Source of the DNA: Stegostoma tigrinum
Lineage: Eukaryota
NCBI RefSeq assembly: GCF_030684315.1
Contig: NC_081374.1
Span: 11,954,837 to 12,018,836 of the forward strand
DNA: 64,000 bases
Direction: 5' to 3'
Part shown: positions 37,861 through 50,260 of the stretch, in pieces
How the letters are laid out: the number at the start of each line of letters is the position of its first letter
How positions within the stretch are numbered: the first letter of the stretch is position 1
Program-made: the position numbers and the translations under genes
The notes under the pieces: model-generated
Databases searched by the model: none
What the model saw: only the letters and a program-made list of their open reading frames with translations
What the model was told of the DNA's origin: nothing

Positions 37861-40478
37861 ACATAGAACATAGAACGTAACAGCGCAGTACAGGTCATTC
37901 AGCTCTCAATGTTTCACCGGCCTATGAAACCAATCTGAAGCCGAACTAGCCTACACTATCCCATTATTATCCATCTATTTATCCAATGACCATTTAGATG
38001 CCCTTAAAGTTGGCGAGTCTATTACAGTTGCAGGCTGGGCATTACACGCCCTTACTTCTTTCTGAGCAAAGAACCTACCTCTGACATCAGTCCTGTAGCT
38101 ACCACCCCTCAATTTAAAGCTATGTCCCCTTGCGCTAGCCATCACCATCAGAGGAAAAAGCCTCTCACTGTCCCCCTATCTAATCCTCTGATCATCTTAT
38201 ATATCTCTATTAAGTCGCCGCTTAACCTTCTTCTCTCCAATGAAAACAACCTCAAGCCCCTCAACCTTTCCTCATAGGACATTCACTCCATACCAAGCAA
38301 CATCCTCTGCACCCTTTCCAATGCTTCCACATCCTTCCTATAATGCGGCGACCAGAACTGTAAGCAATATTCCAGTGTAGCCGCATCAGAGTTTTATGCA
38401 GCTGCAACATTACCTCATGGCTCAGAAACTCAATCCCTCTACCAATAAAACTTAGTACATCATACACCTTCCTAACCACCCTATCAACCAGGGTGGCAAC
38501 TTTCAGGGATCTATGCACATGGACACCAAGATCTCTCTGCTCATCTGCACTACCAAGAATCTTACCATTAGCCCAGGACTCTGTATTCCTGTTACTCCTT
38601 CCAAAGTGAATCACCTCACACTTTTCTGCATTCAACTCCATTTGCCACCTCTCAGCCCAGCTCTGCAGCTTATCTACATCTCTCTGTCATCTGCAACGTC
38701 CTTCCACACGATCCACAACTCCACTGACTTTAGTATCATCCGCAAATTTACTAACCCATCCTTCTACACGCTCATCCAGGTCATTTATAAAAATGACAAA
38801 CAGCAGTGGCCCCAAAACAGATCCTTGTGTTATACCAGAAACTGGACTCCAGGATGAACATTTCCCATCAACCACTACCCTCTGACTTAGAACATAGAAC
38901 ATAGAAAAGTACAGCACAGTACAGGCCCTTTGGCCCACGATGTTGTGCCGTGGAATAATCCTAATCCAAAAGTAAAATAACCTCACCTACATTCCCCTCA
39001 ATTCACTGCAGTCCATGTGCATGTCCAGCAGTCGCTGAAATGTCACTAATGACTCCGCTTCCATGACTACCACTGACAAACTATTCCATGCGCTCACAAC
39101 TCTCTGGGTGAAGAACCTCCCTCTGACATCTCTTCTATACCTTCCAACTAATACCTTAACACTATGACCCCACATGGCAGTCAATCCTGCCCCGGGGAAA
39201 AGTCTCTGGCTATCAACTCTATCCATGCCTCTCATTACCTCGTACACCTCGATCAGGTCACCTCTCTTCCTCCTTCTCTCCAGAGAGAAAAGTTCGAGCT
39301 CAGTCAACCTCTCCTCGTAAGACAAGCCCTCCAGTCCAGGCAGCCTCCTGGTAAACCTCTTTTGCACCCTCTCCATAGCCTCCACATCTTTCCTGTAATA
39401 GGGCGAACAGAACTGGACACAATATTCCAAGTGTGGTCTCAACAGATTTTGTAGAGCTGCAGCATAAACACGCGGCTCTTAAACTTGATCCCCTTGTCAA
39501 TGAAATTCAAAACACCATCTGCTTTCTTAACAACCTTATCCACCTGGGTGGCAACTAGGCTGACTGGTCTGTAATTTCCAGGGATTTCCCTATTCCCTCT
39601 CTTGAAAAGAGAAACAACGTTTGCCTCCCTCCAATCTTCTGGTATGACTCCCGTGGAGAGTGAGGAAGCAAAGATCTTTGGCAGTGGCTGAGCAAACTCT
39701 TTTCTTGCTTCCCGAAGAAACCTAGGATAAATCTGGTCTAGCCCTGGGGACTCATCAATCTTAATGTTCACTAAAATTTCCAGCACATCACCTTCCTCAG
39801 TCATGATCTGTTCAAGCCTGTCTTCCTGCTCCTCAAAGTTCTCATTCACAACAAGGTCCCTTTCCTTTGTGAAAACCAAAGAAAATAACTCATTTAGGGC
39901 TTCCCCTATCTGCTCAGAATCCATGCACAAGTTCCCTATGCTATCCCTGATTGGCCCTACCTTCTCCCTGATCATTCTCTTATTCCTCACGTATGAGTAA
40001 AATGCCTTCGGGTTCTCCCTCATCCTTCCTGCCAAGCCTTTTTCGTGCACCCTCCTGGCCCTCCTCAGTCCACTTTTGAGCTCCTTCCGAGCAAGCCTGT
40101 AATCCTCTAAAGCTGTGCTAGACCCTTGCTTCCTCCACCTTACGTAAACTGCCTTTTACATTTTGACAAGAAGCACTTCTGTACCCGTCATCCAAGGCTC
40201 CTTAATCTTACCCCTTCTTACCTGTCTCAGAAGAACAAATTTACACATCATTCGCAACAACTGCTCCTTAAACAGTCTCCGCATGTCTGTTGTGCCCCTT
40301 CTGTGGAACAACTGCTCCCAATCTGTACTTCCCAACTCCTGCCTGATAGCGTCATAATTTCCTTTTCCCCAGTTAAATATCTTCCCCTGGTAACTGCTCC
40401 TTTCCTTTTCCATGTCTTCTTGCAGCTAGCCAATTTCTGATCCAAACCGCTAAATCACCCTCAATCCCATGCCTCCGT
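37861..40478 (-). mobile_element. Two adjacent or nested CR1 LINE fragments (junction ~38890), internally deleted
   Basis: ORFs 38261..38641, 38687..38986 ([17 protein letters not shown]), 38987..39442, 39439..40050; (CATAGAA)n 3' tails at ~37862 and ~38890; absent at the paralogous site ~10190. Confidence 0.88.
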
Positions 40479-41120
40479 ATTCAATCACCTTTCCTTAGCC
40501 ACTGACTCCATCCATCTCCCTGTTCAACAGAGCCCTCATCCAACATGTTTTGAGTTCCACATTCAGCCATTCCCATACCATCCCAGCTGGACTTGAACCT
40601 TCCACCATACATCAACTTAATCTCATCCAAATCTTTCCTCCAACTTTACATCTTTAAAGGTACGATAGAAATGCAAGTTACCTTGTTTGCAAACATTGAT
40701 AGGGCAAGATTTTTTTTAAATGTGCAAACCAGCCTACTGGATCTAGAAAGATGTGAATCCATACTGCGCGGAAGAACAAATTGAAATATTGTCCCAGACA
40801 TTAAAATTCAAATTAATTTGAATTGAAATGAACAGAATGAAATTCAAATTAAAACCTGACATTTTTAAAATAGCTTTCATTCCAACATTACATTATTTAT
40901 AAAAATGCTTCTGTCTACAGCAAGCTACGTGTAAATGGCTCATTCTCAATGAAACCGCATTCAGTTTGGGCCCAGTCCATTAAATCCTCAACTAGAATCA
41001 TGGTCATTGAGAAGTGTGAATGAGAATTACACAATTCCTACAGTGCAGAAAGAGGCCATTGGGCCCATCAGGGTTACACTATCTCTGTCAAGAACATCCC
41101 ACCAGACTGGAAATTCCACT

Positions 41121-41871
41121 CAAGATAACAAAGTGTGGAGCTGGATGAACACAGCAGGCCAAGCAGCACCACAGGAGCACCAAAGCTGACATTTCGGGCC
41201 TTGACCCTTCATCAGAAAAGGGGAATGGGGAGAGGATTCTGAAATAAATAGGGAGAGAGAGGGAGGCAGATCTAAGATGGACTGAGGAGAAGATAGGTGG
41301 AGAGGAGAGTATGGGTCGGGAGGTAGGGAGGGGATAGGTCAGTACACGGAGAACGAACAGGTCAAGGTGACGGAATGAGGTTAGTAGGTGGGAAATGGAG
41401 GTGTGGCTTGAGGTGGCAGTAGGGGATAAGTGAGAGGAAGAACAGGTCAGGCAGACAGGGGCAAGCTGTGCTGGTTTTGAGACGCAGTGGGAGGAGGGGA
41501 GATTTTGAAGCTGGTGAAGTCCACATTGATACCATTGGGCTGCAGGGTTCCCAAGTGGAATATGAGTTGCTGTTCCTGCAACCTACGGGTGGCATCATTA
41601 TGGCACTGCAGGAGGCCCAGGATGGGCATGTCGTCGAAGGAATGGGAGGGGGAGTTAAAACGGTTCGCGACTGGGAGGTGCAGTTGTTTACTGCGAACCG
41701 AGCGAGGGTGTTCTGCAAAGCAGTCCCCAAGCCTCCACTTGGTTTCCCCAATGTAGAAGAAGCCACACCGGGCACAGCAGATCCAGTATACTATATTGGC
41801 GGATGTGCATGTGAACATATGCTTGATGTGGAATGTCATCTTGGGGCCTGGGATGAGCATGAGGGAGGTGG
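41121..41871 (-). mobile_element. Penelope 3' fragment (GIY-YIG + pLTR)
   Basis: ORF 41447..41860 is the GIY-YIG region; flanked by AATTCC(A/G)CT on both sides; empty site at ~10827 and ~28000. Confidence 0.85.
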
Positions 41872-44436
41872 TAGAATTCCGCTCTATTCCCTTAACCCTA
41901 CATATCTAATGACTAACCCACCTGCACTACACAGCCTCTGAGCTCTCGGAAATTTGGCATGATCAATTCACAAACCTGCACATCAATGCAGCATCAGAGG
42001 AACCTGAAGCACCTTCTGGAAACCCATGCAGACACGGGCAGAATGTGCAAACTGCACAGTGTCTGACAAGGCTTCAGTTGAACCCAGGTCGCTGAGTCTG
42101 TGAGGCAACAGTGTTAACCACTGAGACACTGGGCTGTCCATACTTGTGAAGTTGAGATGTGAAAAAAATGCTTCTACATTTGTTGCACGCTTTGATGTTC
42201 ATTGTGAATTGACACTGTAAGAAAAATATGTGAATATTTTCAAGGGGGACGTGTGACAGAAATCCATGAATGTACAAAGAGACAAAGTGTTAATTATTTC
42301 CATCTGCACATTGGAGTTTGGTGTGTCAATGGAATGACAGAGAGAAATGATTCAGGCAGGTTGAACAGTAACATTTAAAAATCATTCCGATAGATATATG
42401 GATGGGAGAGGTTTAGAGGGATATGGGCCAAATGCCAGGAATTGGAACGAGCTGGGGATGCACCATGGTCAGTATGGACCAGTTTGTGCTGAAGGGCCAG
42501 TTTCCATGCTGCCTTAGTCTATGAATATATTACTTTATTCTCAAGGGCTGGAAGAGGAATTATCGTTTAAACTGTGCTCTCAACTGGAGCCATAGCTCTT
42601 ACAGCTCAGAACATGTCTATGACAGAGTATTGTATCCGCTCAAAGCTTCTGGGTTAAGAATTATCCGCACATCTCAGGCCTCATCTCAACATCCTCACCG
42701 ACCCGAAAACCAATCCACCGGTTTTAATCAGGGCCTGCTAGACACCTGGGATTGGCCTCCTCTATCACTGGTAAAAGCCTCGAGCCTGTGGAGAAAGCCC
42801 TTTGGCAAACCACAAACCATACCTACAGGCATTGTAACGCTGTGCGGGCAGCCATTGCCTACAGCTCATTCAAGAGATAGAACTGGGTCACCTGCAGCAA
42901 TATGTCTGCAGCTACTGACAGAAATGTTCAGTGGAGACACATTCTGGAAAGACAGGGAGGGGACAGTTTTCTTAGAGCCCACATCACTGTTAATAAACTG
43001 GATATTGTGGGTGGAGAACTCTTGTGCCATTCAAGGCTGTTCTGAGAGTTTTCAGAACGAGCCCTTTGCTTACCGTCTCTGAGAGGGTAACCTCCTGGGA
43101 CAGGTTTGTGTACACATTGTGGTGTATCACTGCACAATTCCAGAGCAAATGGAATGTGTGTACTGATGACGGAGGGGTTTTGTGGCAGGTTCAGTTCATA
43201 CAATGGTTTGTCTCAGAAAAGCAGGCTTTTGTCAACTGCCAAGTGCCCATCTCACGGGATATGGCTTTGAATCTGAGCATGTTTTAATACTGAGTGGCTT
43301 TTAAAAAGTGCTGGCTGCCCATCGACCAGAGCGTGGCATTAACACTGAGCAAGTCACTTCAGAGGATCTCTGGCAATTTGGTCAGACATTCTACACTTTG
43401 TTAAAAAGAACTGCATTCCCTGTTTCATCACAGTCTAATGATAAGTCTCATTATATTTTTCCAGCTGTTTCTACAATGCCCATGTCATTCAGGGTCTGGC
43501 AGTTCCCTGCTCTCTATTTCTGACCCTCAGACACTGACAACCTAATGTCAGAGGGTTTCATCCACATTGATGTAATAAACCCCAAATGTATCCAACTGTT
43601 CTACAGGAGATTACCCGATGTATTGTTTCTATTTCCCAGACAGAGCATTGCGATGGTCCTCACTGGTTCAGTCTCTGGGTAACAACTCCAGTGACTCTCC
43701 TTCTATATTAAGCATTAAGGTGGGAACACTGCCTTCAGCATTGTGGGTGGGGGTTAGCAGAGTTGGTGCAGGGTGTCAGCCCCTTTGACCTTCTCAAAGG
43801 TGAAACCCAATATGATTCACCAGGCTCACTCATCATCAACCACGTCCTGGGAACCACAAAGCCCCATGTCAGGCAGTTCACCAGAGGGAACCTCACCTTG
43901 GAATTGAACTCACCCCCCAGTTACTCAATCACAGCTCACGTCTCCCAGAATTGTCTCTCTGTCAGCAGAGACCTTTTTCTGCCTGAAATCAGCATCATTA
44001 CTTGCTTACTTGACTCTTATAGAAATGGAGCAGAGAGTGCCGATCTCCTGCAATCCAGGAGTTCACAATAATTGACACAATAATTATTCTGCACTCTCAA
44101 TAGGAGGCACATTCTGCAAACAAAAATTCAAAACAAATCAATGTTTAACTGCACGATGAATTTTCACACATAAATCTGCATTTGTCATGAACTGTTTGTT
44201 GGAATTTTCTAACATGGGAGAATTAGACAGTTTTCATTCACCTGAGAATTCAGTCTAAATACTGAGCTTCAGTCACTGCTATCTGTACAACTGACTCTTG
44301 AAATGTCGTGATTTCAGAAATTTTTTATTCATTCATTGAAAATTAGTTGAGTACTTCTGTTAAGCATAGCTGACAGGACAAACATTTCTTCAGGGTTAAT
44401 TTGCATCAAGTGGCAGACTGTAGTTTCAGAAGTTGG

Positions 44437-44459
44437 CTTCCTATATCCTCTTCCTCATT
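44437..44459 (-). promoter_or_regulatory. Candidate Ets/PU.1-type sites ~100 bp upstream of the gene B ATG (paralog 13376-13398)
   Basis: Reverse strand reads AATGAGGAAGAGGATATAGGAAG: two GGAA cores, one PU-box-like, conserved in both paralogs; no TATA box seen. Confidence 0.35.
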
Positions 44460-44554
44460 TACATTCTTGTAGACATTGTATTACTCGTTTATTTCAGTGT
44501 GAGAAACAAGAGCTGTGTGACTGACATCAAGAGCTGATCTTTGTGAATAAAACA

Positions 44555-44591
44555 ATGTGGACTTTGATTCTTCTGATTTGTTCCATTCCCG
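44555..44591 (+). CDS. Gene B exon 1: signal peptide (MWTLILLICSIP) of a CD300/pIgR-like Ig receptor
   Basis: ATG at 44555, 12 hydrophobic codons plus 1 nt, then strong donor G|GTGAGT at 44592; phase 1 fits exon 2. Confidence 0.85.
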
Positions 44592-46972
44592 GTGAGTGAC
44601 CATCTGAGTTGTTAATTTCAATAACTAATACTTATTAAAGTCTACCGTCTGGTTTATACAGTATAGAGGTGTTTACATATTTGGAGATATGTAAAAAAAC
44701 AAAGGAACATCATGTTGACACAGCAGGTAACATCTTTATTGCTGTGACAAATGCCTGAGAATTTGATTCATTCTCCAGCACATTCTCACAAACCCAAACA
44801 GGTTCATCATCAACCTGCAAATTCTTTCAATGTGCTCATGGCGGGGAGCAAGTGTGGATGAAATTCCACGTCAGATTTATCCAGCGCAGTGTGTTTCCTC
44901 TCAAATACTGTCTCAGGACAGTAATCTTTTCCAGGAAGAACAAACTGCAGAAATCTGATGCACCATCTGCTTTACGAAAGCCTTTGAAGATCAAATGAAA
45001 AATGTAAAAATACATGAACAACATCAGGAAATATTATATCTTCTTCTGAATATATGATAATGTCATGGGACACAGTTAACAAATACTTTACAGCTGCATT
45101 AGTCATTATCAATAAAATGAAAAAGGAGAGCAGAACATTTTTTTATAGTGATTCAAACAGCATAAACAATTGAACTCGTCCAAAATTTTCCATTTTCAAT
45201 ATACACTGAAAACTGGTGTGGAAGTCAGCCTTCAAACAAAAGATCTTGGGTTTTGATTTCATTCTTTTTTTACTCTTATGACAATTCATTAAATACTGTT
45301 TTGCAAGGTGCTGTCACAAAAGTAGGTGGTTGGATTATATATCTTCCCATAAAAAGCTTTTTTCCTTTCAGTCATTAACTTTAACTGAGTTGCTGATGGT
45401 ATTTTTTGCCCTTCACTTATAACATTAAAATCTATCACTGCAATAAAATTATTGTTCAGTATTGCCACTTCCCCTTCATTGATGATCAAGCAAATTTGAA
45501 ACACAAAATATTAAAATTCCAAGGGATGGAGCTCAATGATGTGTTAGAGGAAAACCTTCTGCAACAGTTTGAGACTCAACCTCATCAATTTCATGCAGAA
45601 TACCTGACGGACAGTAAACTGAAGCGTGCCTCTGTGTGTTCAGAAATCCTCTTCGTTTCGAGGCTTCCTCTTTCCAATAAGAACTCTAATCCATGACTTC
45701 CATCAGCTTTAACCATTTATGCATTTTCTACCTTTTGCATTTCCTTTCAACTGCCTCATTTATTTTTAAATCTTTTCTATCATTTCAGTCGAGAACTGTT
45801 CCCCACAGAAAGAGCCTATCTCCCAAAAAGACTGATCGCCTCGTGTCTTTTGTAGTAAACACTACCCAGTCATCAACAGGCTGTTCCCGTTCCACTCCAG
45901 GACACAATGTGACAGCAATTCAAACATTTTCTCATGAAGTATCCCTCTGGAACAATCAGTAAATTACTTCTGTTATTTCACTCTGCTTTAAAATGACAAC
46001 AATGTTTCATTACAGATAATCCTGACTTTCCTGCCCTCAAGTTTCTGCACATTCCTCAAACAGTGCGGAAACTGGCCATTCAGCCCAACAAGAAGTCACT
46101 ACAATCCTCTGAAGACCATCCCACCCAGACCCATTACCTGACCCTATTACTGTAGGCCGGTGTTTCCCATGGCTCATGCATCTAACCTCCTCATCCTTGA
46201 ATATTATGGACACATTAACATGACTAATCCGATGAACTTGCACCTTTTTGGACTGGTGGTTGAAACAGGAGGGACCAATGGAAACCCATGCAGACATGGA
46301 GGGAATGTGCAAGCTTCACACACATTCGTGATCATCCAAGATTGGAAAAGGAACAGAGTCCCTGGCGCTGTGAGGCATCAGTGCAAACCACTGAGCCACT
46401 GTGCCACCAGTGATCAAGCTTCACACTGGTGAACCGTTTGTTGCGCAACTTCAAATCTCTTCATTATGTCCTTGAGGGCTTTCATAACCATCCTGTGTCA
46501 CCTGTTGGATCTGCCCCTCACAACCTGAAAATTCAGCCCCTGTGCCCACCATGAGCCGACACACCAGCACCTCCATCCCTCCCTGGCTGAAAGCCTCACT
46601 CTCTGGTCAGAACAAAGACACTCCAGACCCTGTAGCTTCCTTCACACTCATCCCCAGCTGACTCCAATCCAGGCCTGTCACTCAGGTTGCTCTCCAGGAC
46701 GGCAAGATCTCGATGATGCCACACACAATAGAGTTCGAGCCCACAGCGTGTAACAGAAGGCCAATTTCAAGATTGATCCAAAACTCGACCAATGGGGAAA
46801 CGCTGTTCAAATTATTCCCTGTGAATCTGGAAAACCCTGAGGGCCTGATAAAGGTTTATATTAATGACTACCTTCATCATAAATTGGATAGAATGGAACT
46901 GATTACAATGTAACTGAAAATGAAATGGACTTCTTTAGAAATTTCCAAATCTCTGAAATATTTTCTCCTCAG

Positions 46973-47287
46973 TTTCAGATGCTTTATGGGCAGAGAGATC
47001 CTTGACGGGAATTTTGGGAAGAGCGATCACAATACATTGCCACTATGAAGCACAGTGGTACCAGTCACACATTAAATATTGGTGTCACGGATGGACTCGT
47101 CAGTGTAATGTTATAGCAGCAACAAACTGGGCAAATGGGAGAATATCAATCACTGATAACAAAGCACAAGGAATATTTCTTGTTACAATGAAGAACCTTC
47201 AATGGGGAGATGCAGGATGGTACAGCTGTGGGATTGACGCTCCAGGACTTGACCCAATGTTTTATGTACAGCTGCACATCTCAGAAG
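46973..47287 (+). CDS. Gene B exon 2: V-type Ig domain, CD300/pIgR family
   Basis: Acceptor ttttctcctcAG, donor G|GTACAT, phase 1-1. Translation VSDALWAERSLTGILGRAITIHCHY...KYWCHGWTRQC...GRISITDN...GDAGWYSCG has B and F strand Cys, the C-strand Trp, DxGxYxC, and the extra WC-x6-C pair typical of CD300/pIgR/TREM V domains. Confidence 0.92.
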
Positions 47288-47437
47288 GTACATATGTCTC
47301 ACTGATATTATTTCAATTTTTAATTCTGCTGATATCTCTGATCAAATCTTTATCCAGGAGACAAGATAACATAGTGTTGGAGGGTATTTGATTTTTTGAT
47401 GGCAGTCGATTTCTCAACAATTGTTTCTTTCCCACAG

Positions 47438-47758
47438 AAGCTGTCTCTACTCCCAAACTTCAGTTTTTGTCACAACCAAATGTCTCATGTTCTGAGGGCT
47501 CGGTCACCATCTCCTGTGAATCTGCCCGGGGATCCCTCCCCATTCATTACACATGGTATGAGAGCTCATCTCAAAACTCAAAGATCTCTGGCACCAATAA
47601 ACTGGATCTACATTGTCAATCCTTCACACAGCAACATCATCAGTATTACTGCACAGCCTCAAATACTCAGGGAACAAAATCCAGTGAAATTGTTCGTGTG
47701 TCAGTCAACAATGTAACAGAGAAGAACTGCAGTTACACTGTGAAAATCAAGAGCACCG
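47438..47758 (+). CDS. Gene B exon 3: C2-type Ig domain (FCRL/PECAM-like)
   Basis: Acceptor tttctttcccacAG, donor G|GTAAGT, phase 1-1. EAVSTPKLQF...GSVTISCESARGSLPIHYTWY...YYCTASN; the C-x4-GSLPI-x-YTWY and YYCxASN patterns resemble FCRL-type C2 domains. Confidence 0.9.
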
Positions 47759-48911
47759 GTAAGTGTGGAGCAAACAATGTGATTTTTTTTGCTGAATGTC
47801 CGTTCAAACTAGAGTCTTTTTGTGTCACTCTCTAAGGCTGTAATTATTAAAACTCACACTATTTTTTTTCATTGCCAGTTCTGAACAAAACCATCGATCT
47901 GCATTGTCCTTCAAAAATGAGCAGGTACATAAAATATTCCCCACATCATGCATAAACACTGTGCAATCTCCAGTAATCCCCAAAAATTAAAATAGTTTTA
48001 GATTGATGAACAATTTGAATTTTTCTATCAGATGCAATTATCAAACTCAGTGCATGACAGTTGTGTCCAGATTTTGGACACACTTCGGGTATGGATTGGA
48101 GATGAGTTGTACAAATGAAATGTATGAAAGTATTGACTGCAGGCATTTCCTGATATACTCTCGTGTTTGAGCTGTCAGAGAAGGAGCAGGTCAGCATCAA
48201 GTAGCAATGATACACATAAACTGTATTTGTAACTATCAGCAGCGGCTCATGTGGCTGCTCTCTAACATTGGTCTCAAACATGCTGTGTGTTCATATTCCC
48301 CTTCAGGGCTAAAACGCAAGTGGATACCACTGCCCAGCAGATTTAGGGACTGCTGTGCTCTTGCAGCTGAGACAGTGTCCATGAGCTAATAAACTGAGAA
48401 CCTGTTCACCCTTTGGGTATGGCATCATTTGTAAACTGTTTGCAGAATGGGGGTTTTCCTGATGTCGAAGCAAGCATTCATTCCTCAAACAATATTGCTA
48501 AAAACAGCCAGATTTTTGTCAGAATTACTTCAAAGCTTTTCGCTGCATTTAAATTAACTTCGACACATTGCTGCATTACAATAGTATGCTTGTTTCAACA
48601 AAGCACTTCATCAAATGTGAATTGTTTTGGGGTCTCCTCAGATCCTGTAAGGCACTATTTAGTTCATTAATGTCCTTTCAGGAAGGAAACATGCTGCTCT
48701 TTCCAGCTCTGGTCTGCATGTGACTCCAGCAATGTGCTTGATTCTTAACTGCCCTCTTTAAAAGGCCTGACAGCCAATCAGTCAGGGGTAATTCAGAATG
48801 GGCAGCAAACACTTTCCAATAAAGTATAAACAATAAAAAATTTAACAATTTAGCTCTTGCAGAAATGACTCACTTAAAATACACTTAAGCCATGTTGTGT
48901 CTGTACTCCAG

Positions 48912-48980
48912 GGAGATGGGGAACCTCATTTGTCTGCCTCATGGACCCTAATACCTCAGCCAATGGGAAATCACTGGCAG
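48912..48980 (+). CDS. Gene B exon 4: putative stalk exon (GRWGTSFVCLMDPNTSANGKSLA)
   Basis: Acceptor tgtctgtactccAG, 69 nt open in the phase-1 frame, weaker donor CAG|GTTATG. Contains a Cys that could pair with the Cys at the end of exon 3. Confidence 0.6.
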
Positions 48981-49439
48981 GTTATGTGTCTGTTGGGGGT
49001 TCACTTTATTCCTGACAGTTCAGAAAACTGACACTAAGAGAGTGGAATTAACCAAAGCCAACATCAGCAAATGGCAGCTCCATGTGAAACTCATGGTTTT
49101 AAACAAGTCCGATACCTGTGTTGTAGTTTCCAGCCCAAACCCTTTAACAAACCCATTTCTAACACATCAACTCTCAGATTTGAGAAAGAAAGTCAACAAG
49201 ATTGTCTGTGTGTGCAACCACAGAACATGGGAGAGATACTGATCCAAAGCTTTCACATCAGTTTTTACTGTGGAGTGCTTGGCAATGAACCGGGCCAAGT
49301 GTCAGACCTGTTGGTCGGGGCATTTTGGCATAAGCGAGCATAACTCTGTTACTTTTATAGTAGTCATGAAAAAGGATAGGCACATACAGCAGAGCTGGGT
49401 AACATAAAATGGGAACAGATGCTGTGAGGGAAGAACACG

Positions 49440-49885
49440 ACTGAAATGTGGAGATTGGTCAAGAAATGCAGACTGTGTGCACTCAATATGTTTGTCCCTC
49501 TCAGGCAGGGAAGCTGCGGTGAGTGAGGGAGCCTTGGTTCTCAAGAGAGGTCGAATGACTGGTTAAGAGGAAGAAGGATGCTTATGTAAGGCTGAGGAAA
49601 AGAGGAACGAAAAAGGCTCAAGAGGGATACAAGTTATCCAGGAAGGAGCTGAAGAAAGAGCACAGGAGAGCTATAAGGGGGCATGAGGAAACCTCAGCAG
49701 TTAGGATCAAACAAACTCCAAACCTTTTTACACGTATGTGAGGAATAAGAGAATGACCAGAGTAAGATCAGGCCGATCAAGGATTATAAAGGGAATTTGT
49801 GTGCGGAGCCTGAAGAGACAGGAGAGGTACTTAATGAATACATTTCTTTGGTATTCACAACTGAGAGGGACCTAACTGTAGGGGA
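49440..49885 (+). mobile_element. CR1 ORF2 internal fragment
   Basis: Similar to the CR1 segment encoding WEQL...EPW...NPKAFYSYVRNKRM...GNLC.E.E..GE.LNE. Confidence 0.65.
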
Positions 49886-50232
49886 GAGCAGTAAGCAGCC
49901 TCAGGGGACTTCCCCTCCCCCGACTGCATCCCGAAGCCCTGCTCGTCCCCTGCACCCCCACTGCATCCCAAAACCAGCCCAGCTCATCCCCGCCTGCCTA
50001 ACCTGTTCTTCCTCTCACCTATCCCCTCCTCCCACCTCAAGCCGCACCACCATTTCCTACCTACGAACCTCACCCCGCCCCCCTTGACCTGTCCATCTTC
50101 CCTGGACTGACCTATACCCTCCCTATCTCCCCACATATACTCTCCTCTCCACCTATCTTCTTTTCTCTCCATCTTCGGTCTGCCTCCCCCTCTCTCCCTA
50201 TTTATTTCAGAACCCTCACCCCATCCTCCTCT

Positions 50233-50260
50233 CTGATGAAGGGTCTAGGCCCGAAACGTC
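50233..50260 (+). ncRNA. Minimal hammerhead ribozyme core in a Penelope pLTR
   Basis: CTGATGA-A-GGGT-CTAG-GCCC-GAAAC-GTC: CUGAUGA and GAAA boxes, 4-bp stem II, palindromic ACGU and a GUC cleavage triplet. Confidence 0.7.

Larger units (their letters stand above)
10190..48795 (+). repeat. Older duplication: 10190-17126 homologous to 40480-48795 (upstream region plus exons 1-3)
   Basis: Colinear homology with many substitutions and indels; exons at offset 31665. Confidence 0.92.
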
